From: a virus | Taxonomy: Duplodnaviria > Heunggongvirae > Uroviricota > Caudoviricetes | IMG/VR virus record: IMGVR_UViG_3300009169_000014 | Location: 44,741-108,740 of that record | Direction: 5' to 3' (one strand) | DNA length: 64,000 nt | The notes under the pieces: generated by a model | What the model saw: only the letters and a program-made list of their open reading frames with translations | Database searches by the model: none | What the model was told of the DNA's origin: nothing | Program-made: the position numbers and the translations under genes | Part shown: piece by piece, positions 37,029 to 46,132 of the stretch | How the letters are laid out: every line of letters begins with the position of its first letter | Position numbering within the stretch: position 1 is the first letter of the stretch

Positions 37029-38045
37029 TTAGCGACAGTGCGCCTTCAGCTGGAGCTTCAGATCCAGAGGAAGCGTGTCCACCACGGTGGCCAACTTCGA
37101 CTGGTCAACGACTCCGCCGGGGGCGATCTCGTCACCGAGCTCCTTGCCACCGAGGTCTTCCCAGAAAGACGCAGGGAGTTGTGCAAGCTTGGCGACTGTA
37201 ACGAACGTGCCGCCCAGGTCCACAGAGTTCCCTGCAAGTTTTTCGGTGTTGAACACCGTCCGCAGTGCGTCAGGCAGCTTGCGGTCGTAGTGCTTGTCGA
37301 GGCCCGACTGTGCGTCGAGCTCACCAATGGCCGACGCCACCTTGAGCAGGCCCGCGCGCTCTGAGAGCTCTTCCGGTCCTTTCCTCATGTGTGTGGCGAG
37401 GGTCTGGTAGGCCGTCTTGAACACGTCTCCCTCGGGGAACCGCGAAGCTCGTGCATCGAGCCACTGGGCCGCCAGCTTGGTGCTGGAAACCACGAGGCCA
37501 GACAGCTGGAGCACTTCAGGGCGGAGCTCCACCTTGAGCTCGTCCGCCCGCTTCACCAGGTTGGCGCAGGCGGTGGCGCGGTTCGCGAGGTCCAGCTTGG
37601 GGAGCTCTGCGACCAGGCGGTCCTGCGCCAGCTTCACCTGAGCTTCGGTGTGGAGGGGGAGGAACTTGAACTCGGGGAGGACGTACAGGTCGTCCGACGC
37701 CACCTTCTCAGCCAGCTCAGCGAAGGTGGTCTCCGGGACCTCGTACACCTCGAGAGCCTTCACGATGTTGCTGCGGACTTCCGCGGGAAGGACAGAGGCA
37801 ACCTTGCTGTACGCGTAGGACAGAGCGGCATGCTCTGGCGTGTGGATCGGGAACTTGCGTTCCGCGGGCCATGCGAAAGCCGAATCGGGCAAGGAGCGAG
37901 CCTCCTCAGGCTCCACAGCGGCCTGCTTCACGAAGTCCTCGAGGGCGGGCATCTTATTGACCTGCCGGTAGAGGGTGCCAAAAGCAGGGTCACTGAATTG
38001 ATCGACAGTCGGCATTTTGCCACCTCGAAAAGGGTACAGAACCAC
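37029..38045 (-). CDS. Hypothetical protein (338 aa)
   Basis: Minus-strand ORF preceded by a GAGG-type RBS. Globular composition. Confidence 0.5.
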   Translation of the reverse strand: MVLYPFRGGKMPTVDQFSDPAFGTLYRQVNKMPALEDFVKQAAVEPEEARSLPDSAFAWPAERKFPIHTPEHAALSYAYSKVASVLPAEVRSNIVKALEVYEVPETTFAELAEKVASDDLYVLPEFKFLPLHTEAQVKLAQDRLVAELPKLDLANRATACANLVKRADELKVELRPEVLQLSGLVVSSTKLAAQWLDARASRFPEGDVFKTAYQTLATHMRKGPEELSERAGLLKVASAIGELDAQSGLDKHYDRKLPDALRTVFNTEKLAGNSVDLGGTFVTVAKLAQLPASFWEDLGGKELGDEIAPGGVVDQSKLATVVDTLPLDLKLQLKAHCR

Positions 38046-38064
38046 TTGAGTATAGGAGAATCAC

Positions 38065-39705
38065 TTGAGCTCTCACAACGACGAGAATGAGCTCGCGAAG
38101 TCCCTGGTTTACTGGGTATCGCGACGCGGAGCAAACAACTACTGGGCCACGCTCATCAATGGCTGCGACAAGAAGTACACCAACGAAGACGGTACGATGT
38201 CGGTCCAGCTGGCGCCGAATTGGCGCTACCTACTGACCTGCCACCTGCCGTTCTTCGAGAAGTGCTCGCCGGAAATGCGCCTGTTGGTTCTGGTGCACGA
38301 GGCGGCGCACATCGCGCTGAATCACATCCCTCGCCTGTTCAAGCTGCTGGCGAACTGCACGGACCCGTTCGTGCGCAGGGCGATTCTAGCCACCTTCAAC
38401 TGGGCCGCGGACTTTGCAGCCAACGACGCCATCGTGCGGCTCGAGCCTGGATTCGAGAAGGCGCACAAGGCGTTCATGCACGTCGGCAAAAACGGAGAGA
38501 TGGTCAATGTCACCGAGGAAGAAATCGAGAAGCTCCCTGGTGAGTTTCCGTTCCTGCTGCCCGAGGAGTGGGGCTTCCCCAAGGGTCTCTCTATGGAGGA
38601 GTACTTCATCCTCATCCTGAAGGACCTGCCGAAGTTCAAGCAGAAGGTCGAGCGGATGATGGAGGACCTCAAGCGACAGCTGGAAGAGATGGGAAAGAAC
38701 GGAGAAGGCGAGCTTCCCTCGGAAGAGGAAGGCGACGTAATGGCTTCCCCGTTTGGCCGCGGGAAGAGTGGGCTGCCCAACAGCGTTCCGGGTCTTCCGG
38801 AGTCGTTGATCGGCCACGCCATCAATTCTCCTGAAATCTTCGACATGATGCAGAAGGCCTTCGACAAGATCTCCGGAAATTCGCACAAGCAGTGGAACGA
38901 GAAGGCTGAGGGGATGACGCCTGAAGAGGCCATCTCCGCTGGGTCGAAGATGAAGAAGCACGCCCAGCAGCTGGCTCGCTCTGCGAACGAGCGCGTCCAT
39001 CGGGACCGCGGGTACATGTCGGGGAATGTTCAGCGCATCATCGACGCGCTGCTCGAGCCTGAGCAGCTCCCGTGGGACATGTTCCTGCGTGACATCATCC
39101 AAGGCGCCATCACCGCCCGCGTGATGGAGGAGATGACCTCTCCCAACTTGTCGCTCATCAACGAGGACTACCTCGAGCCCTGGCCCGGCCAGACGCTGGA
39201 GTTCGGCTTCAACATCACCTGGATGACGGACACGTCTGGGTCGATGGGTGACGACGAGTACGCCCGTGCCTGCGCCTGCATCAACTCACTGCTGGCCCAG
39301 AACAAGTCGGTCTTCGTGACCTACTGCGAGTGCGACGCGGCCATGCAGAAAGAAGTGAAGGTCACCAACGTCGAGCCTCCGACTGAGGAGTACATCAAGG
39401 AGCTCCAGAACCGCCGTGGCCATGGGGGCACGGTCTACACGCCGTTCTTCAAGCGAGTCGCCGGGGCGGACAGCCCGGGGGATTGGGTGCGCAATGCGCC
39501 CAGGCTCGAGGACAAGCACCCGAAGCCGGACCTGATGGTCATCTGCACCGACGGCGGTGTGGGCCTGATGGGCGAGTGCTTCCCGCAGTACCAGCCTGAG
39601 TGCCCCATCATCTGGCTGCTGATGCCTGGGTGTCACCCCTGCGAGGGCATGGACAACATCGCACCGAATCGGTTGATCGAGATGTTCAAGATGAAGGAGG
39701 AGTAA
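38065..39705 (+). CDS. Putative zinc metallopeptidase (HExxH) fused to a C-terminal von Willebrand factor A domain
   Basis: LVLVHEAAHIALNHIP carries HExxH. The vWA MIDAS motif is ITWMTDTSGSMGDDEY (DxSxS), with …TDGGVGLMG downstream. It pairs with the MoxR ATPase at 34011. Confidence 0.65.
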   Translation: MSSHNDENELAKSLVYWVSRRGANNYWATLINGCDKKYTNEDGTMSVQLAPNWRYLLTCHLPFFEKCSPEMRLLVLVHEAAHIALNHIPRLFKLLANCTDPFVRRAILATFNWAADFAANDAIVRLEPGFEKAHKAFMHVGKNGEMVNVTEEEIEKLPGEFPFLLPEEWGFPKGLSMEEYFILILKDLPKFKQKVERMMEDLKRQLEEMGKNGEGELPSEEEGDVMASPFGRGKSGLPNSVPGLPESLIGHAINSPEIFDMMQKAFDKISGNSHKQWNEKAEGMTPEEAISAGSKMKKHAQQLARSANERVHRDRGYMSGNVQRIIDALLEPEQLPWDMFLRDIIQGAITARVMEEMTSPNLSLINEDYLEPWPGQTLEFGFNITWMTDTSGSMGDDEYARACACINSLLAQNKSVFVTYCECDAAMQKEVKVTNVEPPTEEYIKELQNRRGHGGTVYTPFFKRVAGADSPGDWVRNAPRLEDKHPKPDLMVICTDGGVGLMGECFPQYQPECPIIWLLMPGCHPCEGMDNIAPNRLIEMFKMKEE

Positions 39706-39707
39706 CT

Positions 39708-39920
39708 ATGGAATTCTTGGATTGGCTGCTCACACAGGAAAAAGAACAAGGGGCTATCGGAGACCTGGCGAGGGACGCCGCGAGAGATCTCAAGTACGGG
39801 GAATGGAAACCCCTGACGAAGAAACCAGAGTCCTTACACCACAGGATGTGGACCACCAACGCGTGCGCAGAAGCCCACCAAGCCTTCGAAGACGCGGTGG
39901 CCGCTTGGCAGGAGGGATGA
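39708..39920 (+). CDS. Small hypothetical protein (70 aa)
   Basis: AGGAGG RBS before the ATG at 39708. Sequence MEFLDWLLTQEKEQGAIGDLARDAARDLKYGEWKP…. Confidence 0.35.
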   Translation: MEFLDWLLTQEKEQGAIGDLARDAARDLKYGEWKPLTKKPESLHHRMWTTNACAEAHQAFEDAVAAWQEG

Positions 39921-40192
39921 TGTCGAAGAAAGCAATCCGACGAGAAGACGTAGAAATCCGCTGGTTCACCGACGACAAGTTCGACGGGACCCGCATCGAC
40001 AAGAACCGCCACATCTTCCAGCGGGCAGATGGGACGGAGTACATCACCAACGGCGGGGACGTCACTCGAGACCCGGCCACCGGAAAGCTGTTCGTTGAAC
40101 GGCGCTGCAAGACGATTCAGCCGATCAACATTCACGACTGGGTCAAGAAGGTCAAGGAGTCCGGCGGGCAGATCGTCATCCTGCCTCCCTAA
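39917..40192 (+). CDS. Small hypothetical protein (91 aa)
   Basis: GGAGGG RBS, then ATGATG. Sequence MMSKKAIRREDVEIRWFTDDKFDG…. The Arg-rich N-terminus of the track ORF was discarded. Confidence 0.4.
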   Translation: MMSKKAIRREDVEIRWFTDDKFDGTRIDKNRHIFQRADGTEYITNGGDVTRDPATGKLFVERRCKTIQPINIHDWVKKVKESGGQIVILPP

Positions 40193-40195
40193 GCC

Positions 40196-40720
40196 ATGGG
40201 CTACTCCCTCGCAACGCCGATCAAGAGTGAGAAGGCCAAGAAGGAGATGATGGCCTTCCTCCGGAGGCACTACAACCACACGCTGGACCCCTACGCGCGG
40301 GGACCGATGGATCGTGACCTCTCGTACGACCACGGTCCCTGTCGCATTGGGTTCGATTTCACCGTGCAGCATGACTACCCAGTCTCGGTGTGCGCTTGGA
40401 TCGCCCTCAAGGTGGGGAAGCGAAAGACGTACCCCACCAAGCAGTGCGACAAGGTCCACGGGCCCTACAAGTACATCGTGTACGACGGTTACGAAGACTG
40501 GCCGCTGTACATCACATCGACGTGGCGGACTGGACTACCTCAGCTGGTGAAGATCAACTGGGTCGGCTGCCTGGTACCGCAGCCACAAACGTGGGACCGC
40601 CTGACAGGGCGTAAGAAGCAGCTCAAGCGCATCGAAGAAGAGCTCAAACGACTCGACGCGCTTTGGACCTCAGGAAAGTGGCGGAACATCCGAAGCGAGT
40701 TCGCTGCTCAGCGGTACTGA
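40196..40720 (+). CDS. Hypothetical protein (174 aa)
   Basis: Plus-strand ORF with protein-like composition. It is upstream of the RT module. Confidence 0.45.
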   Translation: MGYSLATPIKSEKAKKEMMAFLRRHYNHTLDPYARGPMDRDLSYDHGPCRIGFDFTVQHDYPVSVCAWIALKVGKRKTYPTKQCDKVHGPYKYIVYDGYEDWPLYITSTWRTGLPQLVKINWVGCLVPQPQTWDRLTGRKKQLKRIEEELKRLDALWTSGKWRNIRSEFAAQRY

Positions 40721-40745
40721 CCACCAACCACCACCAGGAGATCCG

Positions 40746-41372
40746 ATGGACCTGTATTGCCTCCGTGTCCGGCGGGAAACCGCCGGCAAGCAGTTCCCGT
40801 TTGACCGGGTGTACCTCGCCAAGAACGGCGAGCACGGCGTCTTCAAGAAGCTGTTCCGCTACGCCTTGGTGTTGCCCGTCGAGAGCAGCCTCAAGAACAT
40901 GCTGCTTGACTACGTGAAGATCGACGCAGGCGAGACGCACGAGCATGACCGACGTGACGACGCCCCTCCGCCCAGCGACACGGAGTGGAAGGAAGCGCTC
41001 GAGACTGGGGACTGGGTGATGTGCGTGCCCATCCTGGCGAAGTACGTGGCGTCGAACATGCCGCGGTATCTCACAGCGGCGGGGGCCTACCGAGCTCCCA
41101 CCAACGGTAAAACCAAGCGCCGACGCCGAGGGGCTTCAATCATGCCGGGGATCAAAGAACCGTTCCCCACCCTGACGTACTTACAGACGCCCGAGCAGAA
41201 CATCCGGCCTGTCTGCATCGCCTGCCCGAACTTCATCAACCACCAGAACGGTCACTGCCGCCTGGGTGAAGAGATCTGCTACACCTCTCTCTCCCTCGGG
41301 ATGCACAACCACTTCAAAGAAGGGCTGGAGGTTCCTGAACCTTCGGCGCTCCCTGCTTTCGAGGAAGACTGA
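40746..41372 (+). CDS. Hypothetical protein (208 aa), translationally coupled to the reverse transcriptase
   Basis: Its stop overlaps the RT start (TGATG at 41370-41374). A Cys/His cluster lies near the C-terminus (CIACPNFINHQNGHC). Confidence 0.5.
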   Translation: MDLYCLRVRRETAGKQFPFDRVYLAKNGEHGVFKKLFRYALVLPVESSLKNMLLDYVKIDAGETHEHDRRDDAPPPSDTEWKEALETGDWVMCVPILAKYVASNMPRYLTAAGAYRAPTNGKTKRRRRGASIMPGIKEPFPTLTYLQTPEQNIRPVCIACPNFINHQNGHCRLGEEICYTSLSLGMHNHFKEGLEVPEPSALPAFEED

Positions 41373-42568
41373 TGCCCACCTACAAGCAGAACTTCCTCGA
41401 GAAGATCGAGGTCAAACCGCTCCTGGTGAACTCGCCCGACGTACCGCTGATCGTCGATGACTGGACGCTGGCCTTCCGGCTGGGGTTCACTGGCAAGACG
41501 TTCTGGTACATCGTGGACAACCGCGCCAAGATGTACAACGAGTTCATGATCAAGAAGAAGTCTGGCGGCCTTCGCCGGACATTCGACCCGAACGGGCTCA
41601 TCCGCATCTTTCAGCAGCAGATGCGCGCTCGTATCCTGCTACCCCTGTGCTCCAAGCTCGGGGCGCATGTCTCGGCCTACCAGGTGGGGAAGAGCACGCT
41701 GGACGCCGCTCAGGCGCACCTGCGTGACTGCCCCATCTGTGTGGAGACCACCAAGCCGGGGACCAACCCGGTGAAGCACGACTGCCCGCGGCGGGGCGTG
41801 AAGTTCAAGATGGACCTCAAGGACTTCTTCTTGTCGACCCGCCGGTCATGGATCCGCCAGTACTTCCACGAGGTCGTTGGCTACAACCACTACGCCAGCA
41901 GTCTGTTGGGCCAGCTGCTCACGACCGACTACCGCGACGAGAAGAAGAGGAAGCGGACAGGCGTTCCTCCGGGAGCGCTCACCGCCGGGGACATCTGCAA
42001 CCTGGTGTGCGACTGGAAGATTGACCAGCCGCTGTTGAAGGCTCTGCCAAACGGGTGGCGCTACACCCGGTACGCAGACGACTTGTACTTCAGCAGTGAT
42101 ACGCCCCTGCCCACAGAAGAGGTGAACAAGGTCATCCAGCTGGCGACCGACATCATCAAGGGCTCAGGCTACCGAGTAAACTGGAAGAAGCTCCAGGTCC
42201 AGCACTGGCGGCGGCCTCAGCGAGTGCTGGGGATCAACATCAACCGCAAGCTGAACATCCCAGCGAACGAGTATCGCAAGCTGCACATGCTGCTGTACAA
42301 GGCCAATCAGCACGGCTTCGAGGCGCAAGTGAAGTACGCCAAGAAGGACGATGTCGTGAAGCTGCATGCGTGGATCGTCGGCAAGCTGAACTACTTCACC
42401 CGGTTCGCGCCGGAGAAGACAGAGAAGCTGCGGAAGCTCTACCAGCGGGCGAAGGAAACCCACAAGACTTCGGACATCACCATGTTCGAGTTCGTAAACG
42501 GGGAACTGACGAGCGAGCCCATCGATCTCGAGAACCAGGATCCGCCGTTCGAGGTGACAGGCACATGA
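41372..42568 (+). CDS. Reverse transcriptase (retron/DGR/Abi-like RT domain, motifs 1-7)
   Basis: Motif 1/2: IKKKSGGLRRTFDP. Motif 2a: AHVSAYQVGKSTLDAAQAH. Motif 3: FKMDLKDFFLS. Motif 4 variant: GVPPGALTAGDICNLV. Motif 5: YTRYADDLYF (YADD at 42071-42082). Motif 6/7: RVLGININ. A Cys insertion DCPICVETT…HDCPRRG lies between motifs 2 and 3. Confidence 0.8.
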   Translation: MPTYKQNFLEKIEVKPLLVNSPDVPLIVDDWTLAFRLGFTGKTFWYIVDNRAKMYNEFMIKKKSGGLRRTFDPNGLIRIFQQQMRARILLPLCSKLGAHVSAYQVGKSTLDAAQAHLRDCPICVETTKPGTNPVKHDCPRRGVKFKMDLKDFFLSTRRSWIRQYFHEVVGYNHYASSLLGQLLTTDYRDEKKRKRTGVPPGALTAGDICNLVCDWKIDQPLLKALPNGWRYTRYADDLYFSSDTPLPTEEVNKVIQLATDIIKGSGYRVNWKKLQVQHWRRPQRVLGININRKLNIPANEYRKLHMLLYKANQHGFEAQVKYAKKDDVVKLHAWIVGKLNYFTRFAPEKTEKLRKLYQRAKETHKTSDITMFEFVNGELTSEPIDLENQDPPFEVTGT

Positions 42569-43830
42569 AATACACCGTTTGTCTCGCTACCTCTCGAAGC
42601 CCAGCCCTGCTCTTTCAGACACTGGACGTCGAGAAGGTAGCTGCGCTGCCGGAGCTCGAGAAGATCTTCTCCAACGGGTACTTCGTGACTCAGGTGGGGG
42701 AGAGGAACCCCGAAGCGCGCTCCTGGTACAACAGGAACGAACGAGAGCCACCCGAGAAGAAGCTCCATGTACTGGTCTCGACGCACCTGAAGGACCAGAA
42801 CCCGGACGAAGCTCCCCTCGAGGGGGCCGATCTCCGGTTCTTCATCAACGGCAAGCCCCACGCGTTGAATCTGCGTACCAGGTACAACCAGTGCCTGTCG
42901 CTCTTCAAAGCGGTGGGCTGTTCGCACTGCCCCGACCGAGGGATGAGGTGTCTCTCGGAAGGGGTGGGGTTCGAACTGCCTCAGCGGCTCTCGCCAGCGC
43001 ACCAAGAAGAGGACCTGTGGGACCACGTGCGAGAGAACTTTCCCAAGCTGGGGGAGTTCACTCTCGTGAAGCCGGGGTCAACGCGGACAGCGGCCTTCTC
43101 GAAAGCGATTCGCTCCTACTGGGAACACGACTTCGAGGAAATGGAGAAGAACCACAAGAAGCGCTCTGAGGCGTCAACGCAAGGCGCTGAGACCAAGAAG
43201 TTCAAGAAGGAACAGTGCGGCAAGTGCCCCATCAAGAGCAGCTGCGACCGTTCTCGATGGTGCAAGGGTGCTTACCCGCCAGTCGAAGACATCGTCGAGA
43301 TGAGCGAGCGTCGTCTCACCGAGACGCTTGCGAAATCCCCCTGGCCTGAGTGGCAGCTGTGGGAAGTCGCTCGAGCCATGGGCGCGACAGCGAAGGTCTC
43401 TCGCTGGAACGTCATGCTGACAGGGCTCAAGCTGCAGGGGACTGACGGCGTCGTTGCGACGGTGCATCGGGCCAAGGGAGACATTCAGCCGTTCGGGATG
43501 CTCAAGACGTACGAGGACATCGCCAAAGCGTTCGACCTGGCGCTGACCGAAGCAGATGTGCCTGCGAAGCGTGGGCCAGTCAAGGACAAGACCACTCGAG
43601 CGCTGCTGTGGTTGACGCTCAAGACGGGGAGAGGAAACAAATCGTACGGTTGGGGCTGCCGTAGCTACATCACCGCGGTCGGCTGCGACAATCACAGTGT
43701 CAGAGTAAAATGGACTAACGGGTCCTACATCTCGGACTACTACGACGACACTCTCACGGAGATCAGCCAGGTAGCGTCCCGGCTGTCCGATGGGCAACTG
43801 GCTGACATCGACAAGGAGGAGGTTCGGTAA
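42565..43830 (+). CDS. Hypothetical protein (421 aa), translationally coupled downstream of the RT
   Basis: The ATG at 42565 overlaps the RT stop (ATGA). Cys-containing segments (CSHCPDRGMRC, CGKCPIKSSCDRSRWC). No known domain recognised. Confidence 0.5.
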   Translation: MKYTVCLATSRSPALLFQTLDVEKVAALPELEKIFSNGYFVTQVGERNPEARSWYNRNEREPPEKKLHVLVSTHLKDQNPDEAPLEGADLRFFINGKPHALNLRTRYNQCLSLFKAVGCSHCPDRGMRCLSEGVGFELPQRLSPAHQEEDLWDHVRENFPKLGEFTLVKPGSTRTAAFSKAIRSYWEHDFEEMEKNHKKRSEASTQGAETKKFKKEQCGKCPIKSSCDRSRWCKGAYPPVEDIVEMSERRLTETLAKSPWPEWQLWEVARAMGATAKVSRWNVMLTGLKLQGTDGVVATVHRAKGDIQPFGMLKTYEDIAKAFDLALTEADVPAKRGPVKDKTTRALLWLTLKTGRGNKSYGWGCRSYITAVGCDNHSVRVKWTNGSYISDYYDDTLTEISQVASRLSDGQLADIDKEEVR

Positions 43831-44012
43831 TGTTTCTCTGCTACATGACGCTGCGACGTGATGATCCGCGTTGGTCCGCCTTCGGAAACGGAGACGAGAT
43901 AGTCGTCGCACAAGCACTGACGCGCGAAGCAGCTGAAGCGGTACAACGGCTCTTCGCTCCCACGAAGTTGCAGGTGTGGGAAGCGAAGCAGCCGCGAAAC
44001 GTCTACCTCTAA
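43830..44012 (+). CDS. Small hypothetical protein (60 aa)
   Basis: Start overlaps the upstream stop. Ends convergently against the minus-strand gene at 44009. Confidence 0.3.
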   Translation: MFLCYMTLRRDDPRWSAFGNGDEIVVAQALTREAAEAVQRLFAPTKLQVWEAKQPRNVYL

Positions 44013-45142
44013 GGAACCGTGCGCTCCGCGGTGGGGCACACTTCCTGGAGTGCCAGAAACGCGGCGGTATCCGCGGCGAGGGCGGCCGCAGTAGCTTTGT
44101 CGGCCGCCTTTTTTTCGGTTGCAGCGTCCGCAGCGGTCCTGTCTGCCTCTGTCTTGGCGTCCGCGGCGATTGCAACCTCGGAGATCTTGGTAGTGCAGGC
44201 CGCCGACATGTTGGTGGCGAACGTCGTCATGACGGGCTGCCCACCAACCGCCTCCGCCTGAGAAGCCGTCGTCGCAGCGGTGATGGCGGCTTGCCACGTG
44301 GCCTTCACGCCGTTGAAGATTCCGGTCGCTGTGTCGAGGGCGGTTTCGTCCCCAGAGCCCGGGTTGTCGATGGCCCGGTACACAGCGACGGCGGCCTGGT
44401 AGGTCGTGCACGCCGAATCGAAAAGCTTCGACTGTGTCAGCAGATTGTTCATCTGCGTGCGGAATGTGTTGATCGGAGCGATACCGCTGTTGTACTGCCC
44501 CAACAGAGTGCTGCACTTCTGGCTTTCAGCGACAGCGCTCGTGGCGTTGTCGTTGGCGGCGGATGCAGTAGCTGTTGCTGCGGTCAGCGTCACCGCTGCT
44601 ACCGCGCTCGTAGCCGTTGCGTCCAGGAGCTCAGCGTGCGCCGCGTTGTACGCGTCCTGCCGTTCGGAAACGATACTGGTAGTCAGCGGAAGCGTGATGT
44701 CCGAGTACGTGTACGGCGGGCCCTCTGGTGTAGGCGCATTGAGCGGGTACAGGAACTGCTCGTTGTACGCATGCCAATCAGCGATGAGGTTATCGACCCG
44801 CTGCTGAATGAGCAGCTTCGCCTGGTTCGCTGTAGCGATGTCGTCGTAGATGACGACGAAGTTCGCCGACAGGTAAATCGTCTTCCCGGAGCTCAGCGCG
44901 GATTCACGCCCCTGGGGAAGGGTGGTCAGGTCAGCGACGTTAGCCACTCGCAGGAACGTGTCCTGCTTCGGATCCGTCGGCGCGACGATCTGATGCACGA
45001 AGACGTTTGAGGTATAAGGAGCAGGACCGTAAATTGGCAGGTCCCCCGGCAGCACCTCGTCGATGGACGACTCGATCTTGAAGCGCTGAACACTCTGTTC
45101 GTCGAGAAAGACGGTGCAGCGCTGCCCAAGAATCGTAGCCAT
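44009..45142 (-). CDS. Ala/Thr-rich hypothetical protein (377 aa), possible fibre or receptor-binding-like protein
   Basis: Minus-strand gene embedded in the + strand block. The N-terminal region is shared with the next gene (…VFVHQIVAPTDPKQDTFLRVANVADLTTLPQ…). The C-terminal half is A/T/N-rich low complexity. Confidence 0.4.
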   Translation of the reverse strand: MATILGQRCTVFLDEQSVQRFKIESSIDEVLPGDLPIYGPAPYTSNVFVHQIVAPTDPKQDTFLRVANVADLTTLPQGRESALSSGKTIYLSANFVVIYDDIATANQAKLLIQQRVDNLIADWHAYNEQFLYPLNAPTPEGPPYTYSDITLPLTTSIVSERQDAYNAAHAELLDATATSAVAAVTLTAATATASAANDNATSAVAESQKCSTLLGQYNSGIAPINTFRTQMNNLLTQSKLFDSACTTYQAAVAVYRAIDNPGSGDETALDTATGIFNGVKATWQAAITAATTASQAEAVGGQPVMTTFATNMSAACTTKISEVAIAADAKTEADRTAADAATEKKAADKATAAALAADTAAFLALQEVCPTAERTVP

Positions 45143-45151
45143 GTGGTGTCC

Positions 45152-45568
45152 TTACGGAAGGTTGACAGGGCCGGTGACGCCGACGAAGGTGCTCGCCGTG
45201 ATCTCGTACTCATTACAGAGTGACTTCATGCGAGAGATCAGCGTATCCGCGAAATCCTGTGCCACTTCCATCGTTGCGAAGTCTTTAGTGACGGACATCA
45301 GTCGGTAGTACGGCTGATTGGCGCCTTGCGCCGCGAGCAAGCTGTTCGGGAACGTCTGCATGTCCAGCACAGTGGCCACGTGGCTGAAAAGCCCGTCGGC
45401 GACCTTGTGCACGAACACGGACGCCGGAGACGTCGGGCCCGGCGACAAGCTCTCAGGGAACCCTGTCGAAGAGTTGATGACGTCCACTACGCGATACGGC
45501 GCGGAGACCGAAGCCGCGGGAGGAACGGACGCGGTACGGGTCTGAGTGTGGTTGAGCGTAGCTGCCAT
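45152..45568 (-). CDS. Hypothetical protein (138 aa), paralogous to the N-terminal region of the 377-aa neighbour
   Basis: …SVFVHKVADGLFSHVATVLDMQTFPNS… resembles the downstream gene's N-terminus. Co-oriented, with a 10-bp gap. Confidence 0.4.
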   Translation of the reverse strand: MAATLNHTQTRTASVPPAASVSAPYRVVDVINSSTGFPESLSPGPTSPASVFVHKVADGLFSHVATVLDMQTFPNSLLAAQGANQPYYRLMSVTKDFATMEVAQDFADTLISRMKSLCNEYEITASTFVGVTGPVNLP

Positions 45569-45725
45569 AGTGGCCCCAGTATAGGTGTTGCCTCAGTGGA
45601 GTAGAAGCAGTAAGAAGCTTTCCCCCTGGACGTCTATCACCGTCCACCCCAAATTCACAGAAGGCCGAAAGGCCTCCCCGCTGAGCGTGTGATAGCGCTC
45701 GCGGGGGTAGTTTGTTCGGAGCCCC

Positions 45726-45947
45726 ATGAGCGAACGAGCTCGTTGTGCGGCGTGCGACGTTGTGCGGACCCTCAAGACCTACGAAGAAAACATCCCTGGA
45801 AGCCTGAAAACCCAGCCCACGAAGTTGTGCTCGACGTGCGCCGACACCGTGAGCCTCGGGTTCCTCCGGAACGACAGCCTCGGCAAGGTGCTGCTGCAGA
45901 TCAACGCGAAGTTGGATGTACTTTCTCGACGCAAGAAGGGGGAGTGA
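45726..45947 (+). CDS. Small Cys-containing protein (73 aa)
   Basis: CAACDV…CSTCAD gives a Zn-ribbon-like pattern. It is the first of a run of tightly overlapping small + ORFs. Confidence 0.4.
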   Translation: MSERARCAACDVVRTLKTYEENIPGSLKTQPTKLCSTCADTVSLGFLRNDSLGKVLLQINAKLDVLSRRKKGE

Positions 45948-46132
45948 TGAAGCCCAAGAAAGTGAAAGCCGAAGACTGCGTCAACGGGAACTGCGAGATC
46001 TGTGAACTCGCTGAGATGCCCCTCGACCACAAGCTGATGAACGCCTTCCAAGAAGGGGGCATGGGTGCCGTAGCGAAGGAGATTCAAGCGAGGGAAGAAG
46101 AGAAGCGGAACGCTCTGGAGAAGAAGGCATGA
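45947..46132 (+). CDS. Small zinc-ribbon-like protein (61 aa)
   Basis: TGATG overlap with the previous ORF. Sequence MKPKKVKAEDCVNGNCEICE…. Confidence 0.4.
   Translation: MKPKKVKAEDCVNGNCEICELAEMPLDHKLMNAFQEGGMGAVAKEIQAREEEKRNALEKKA

Noticed and set aside
41372-42568. Retron interpretation of the RT
   Set aside because: Sequence immediately upstream is protein-coding with translational coupling, so there is no room for an msr/msd non-coding RNA with long inverted repeats. DGR or other RT classes remain open.
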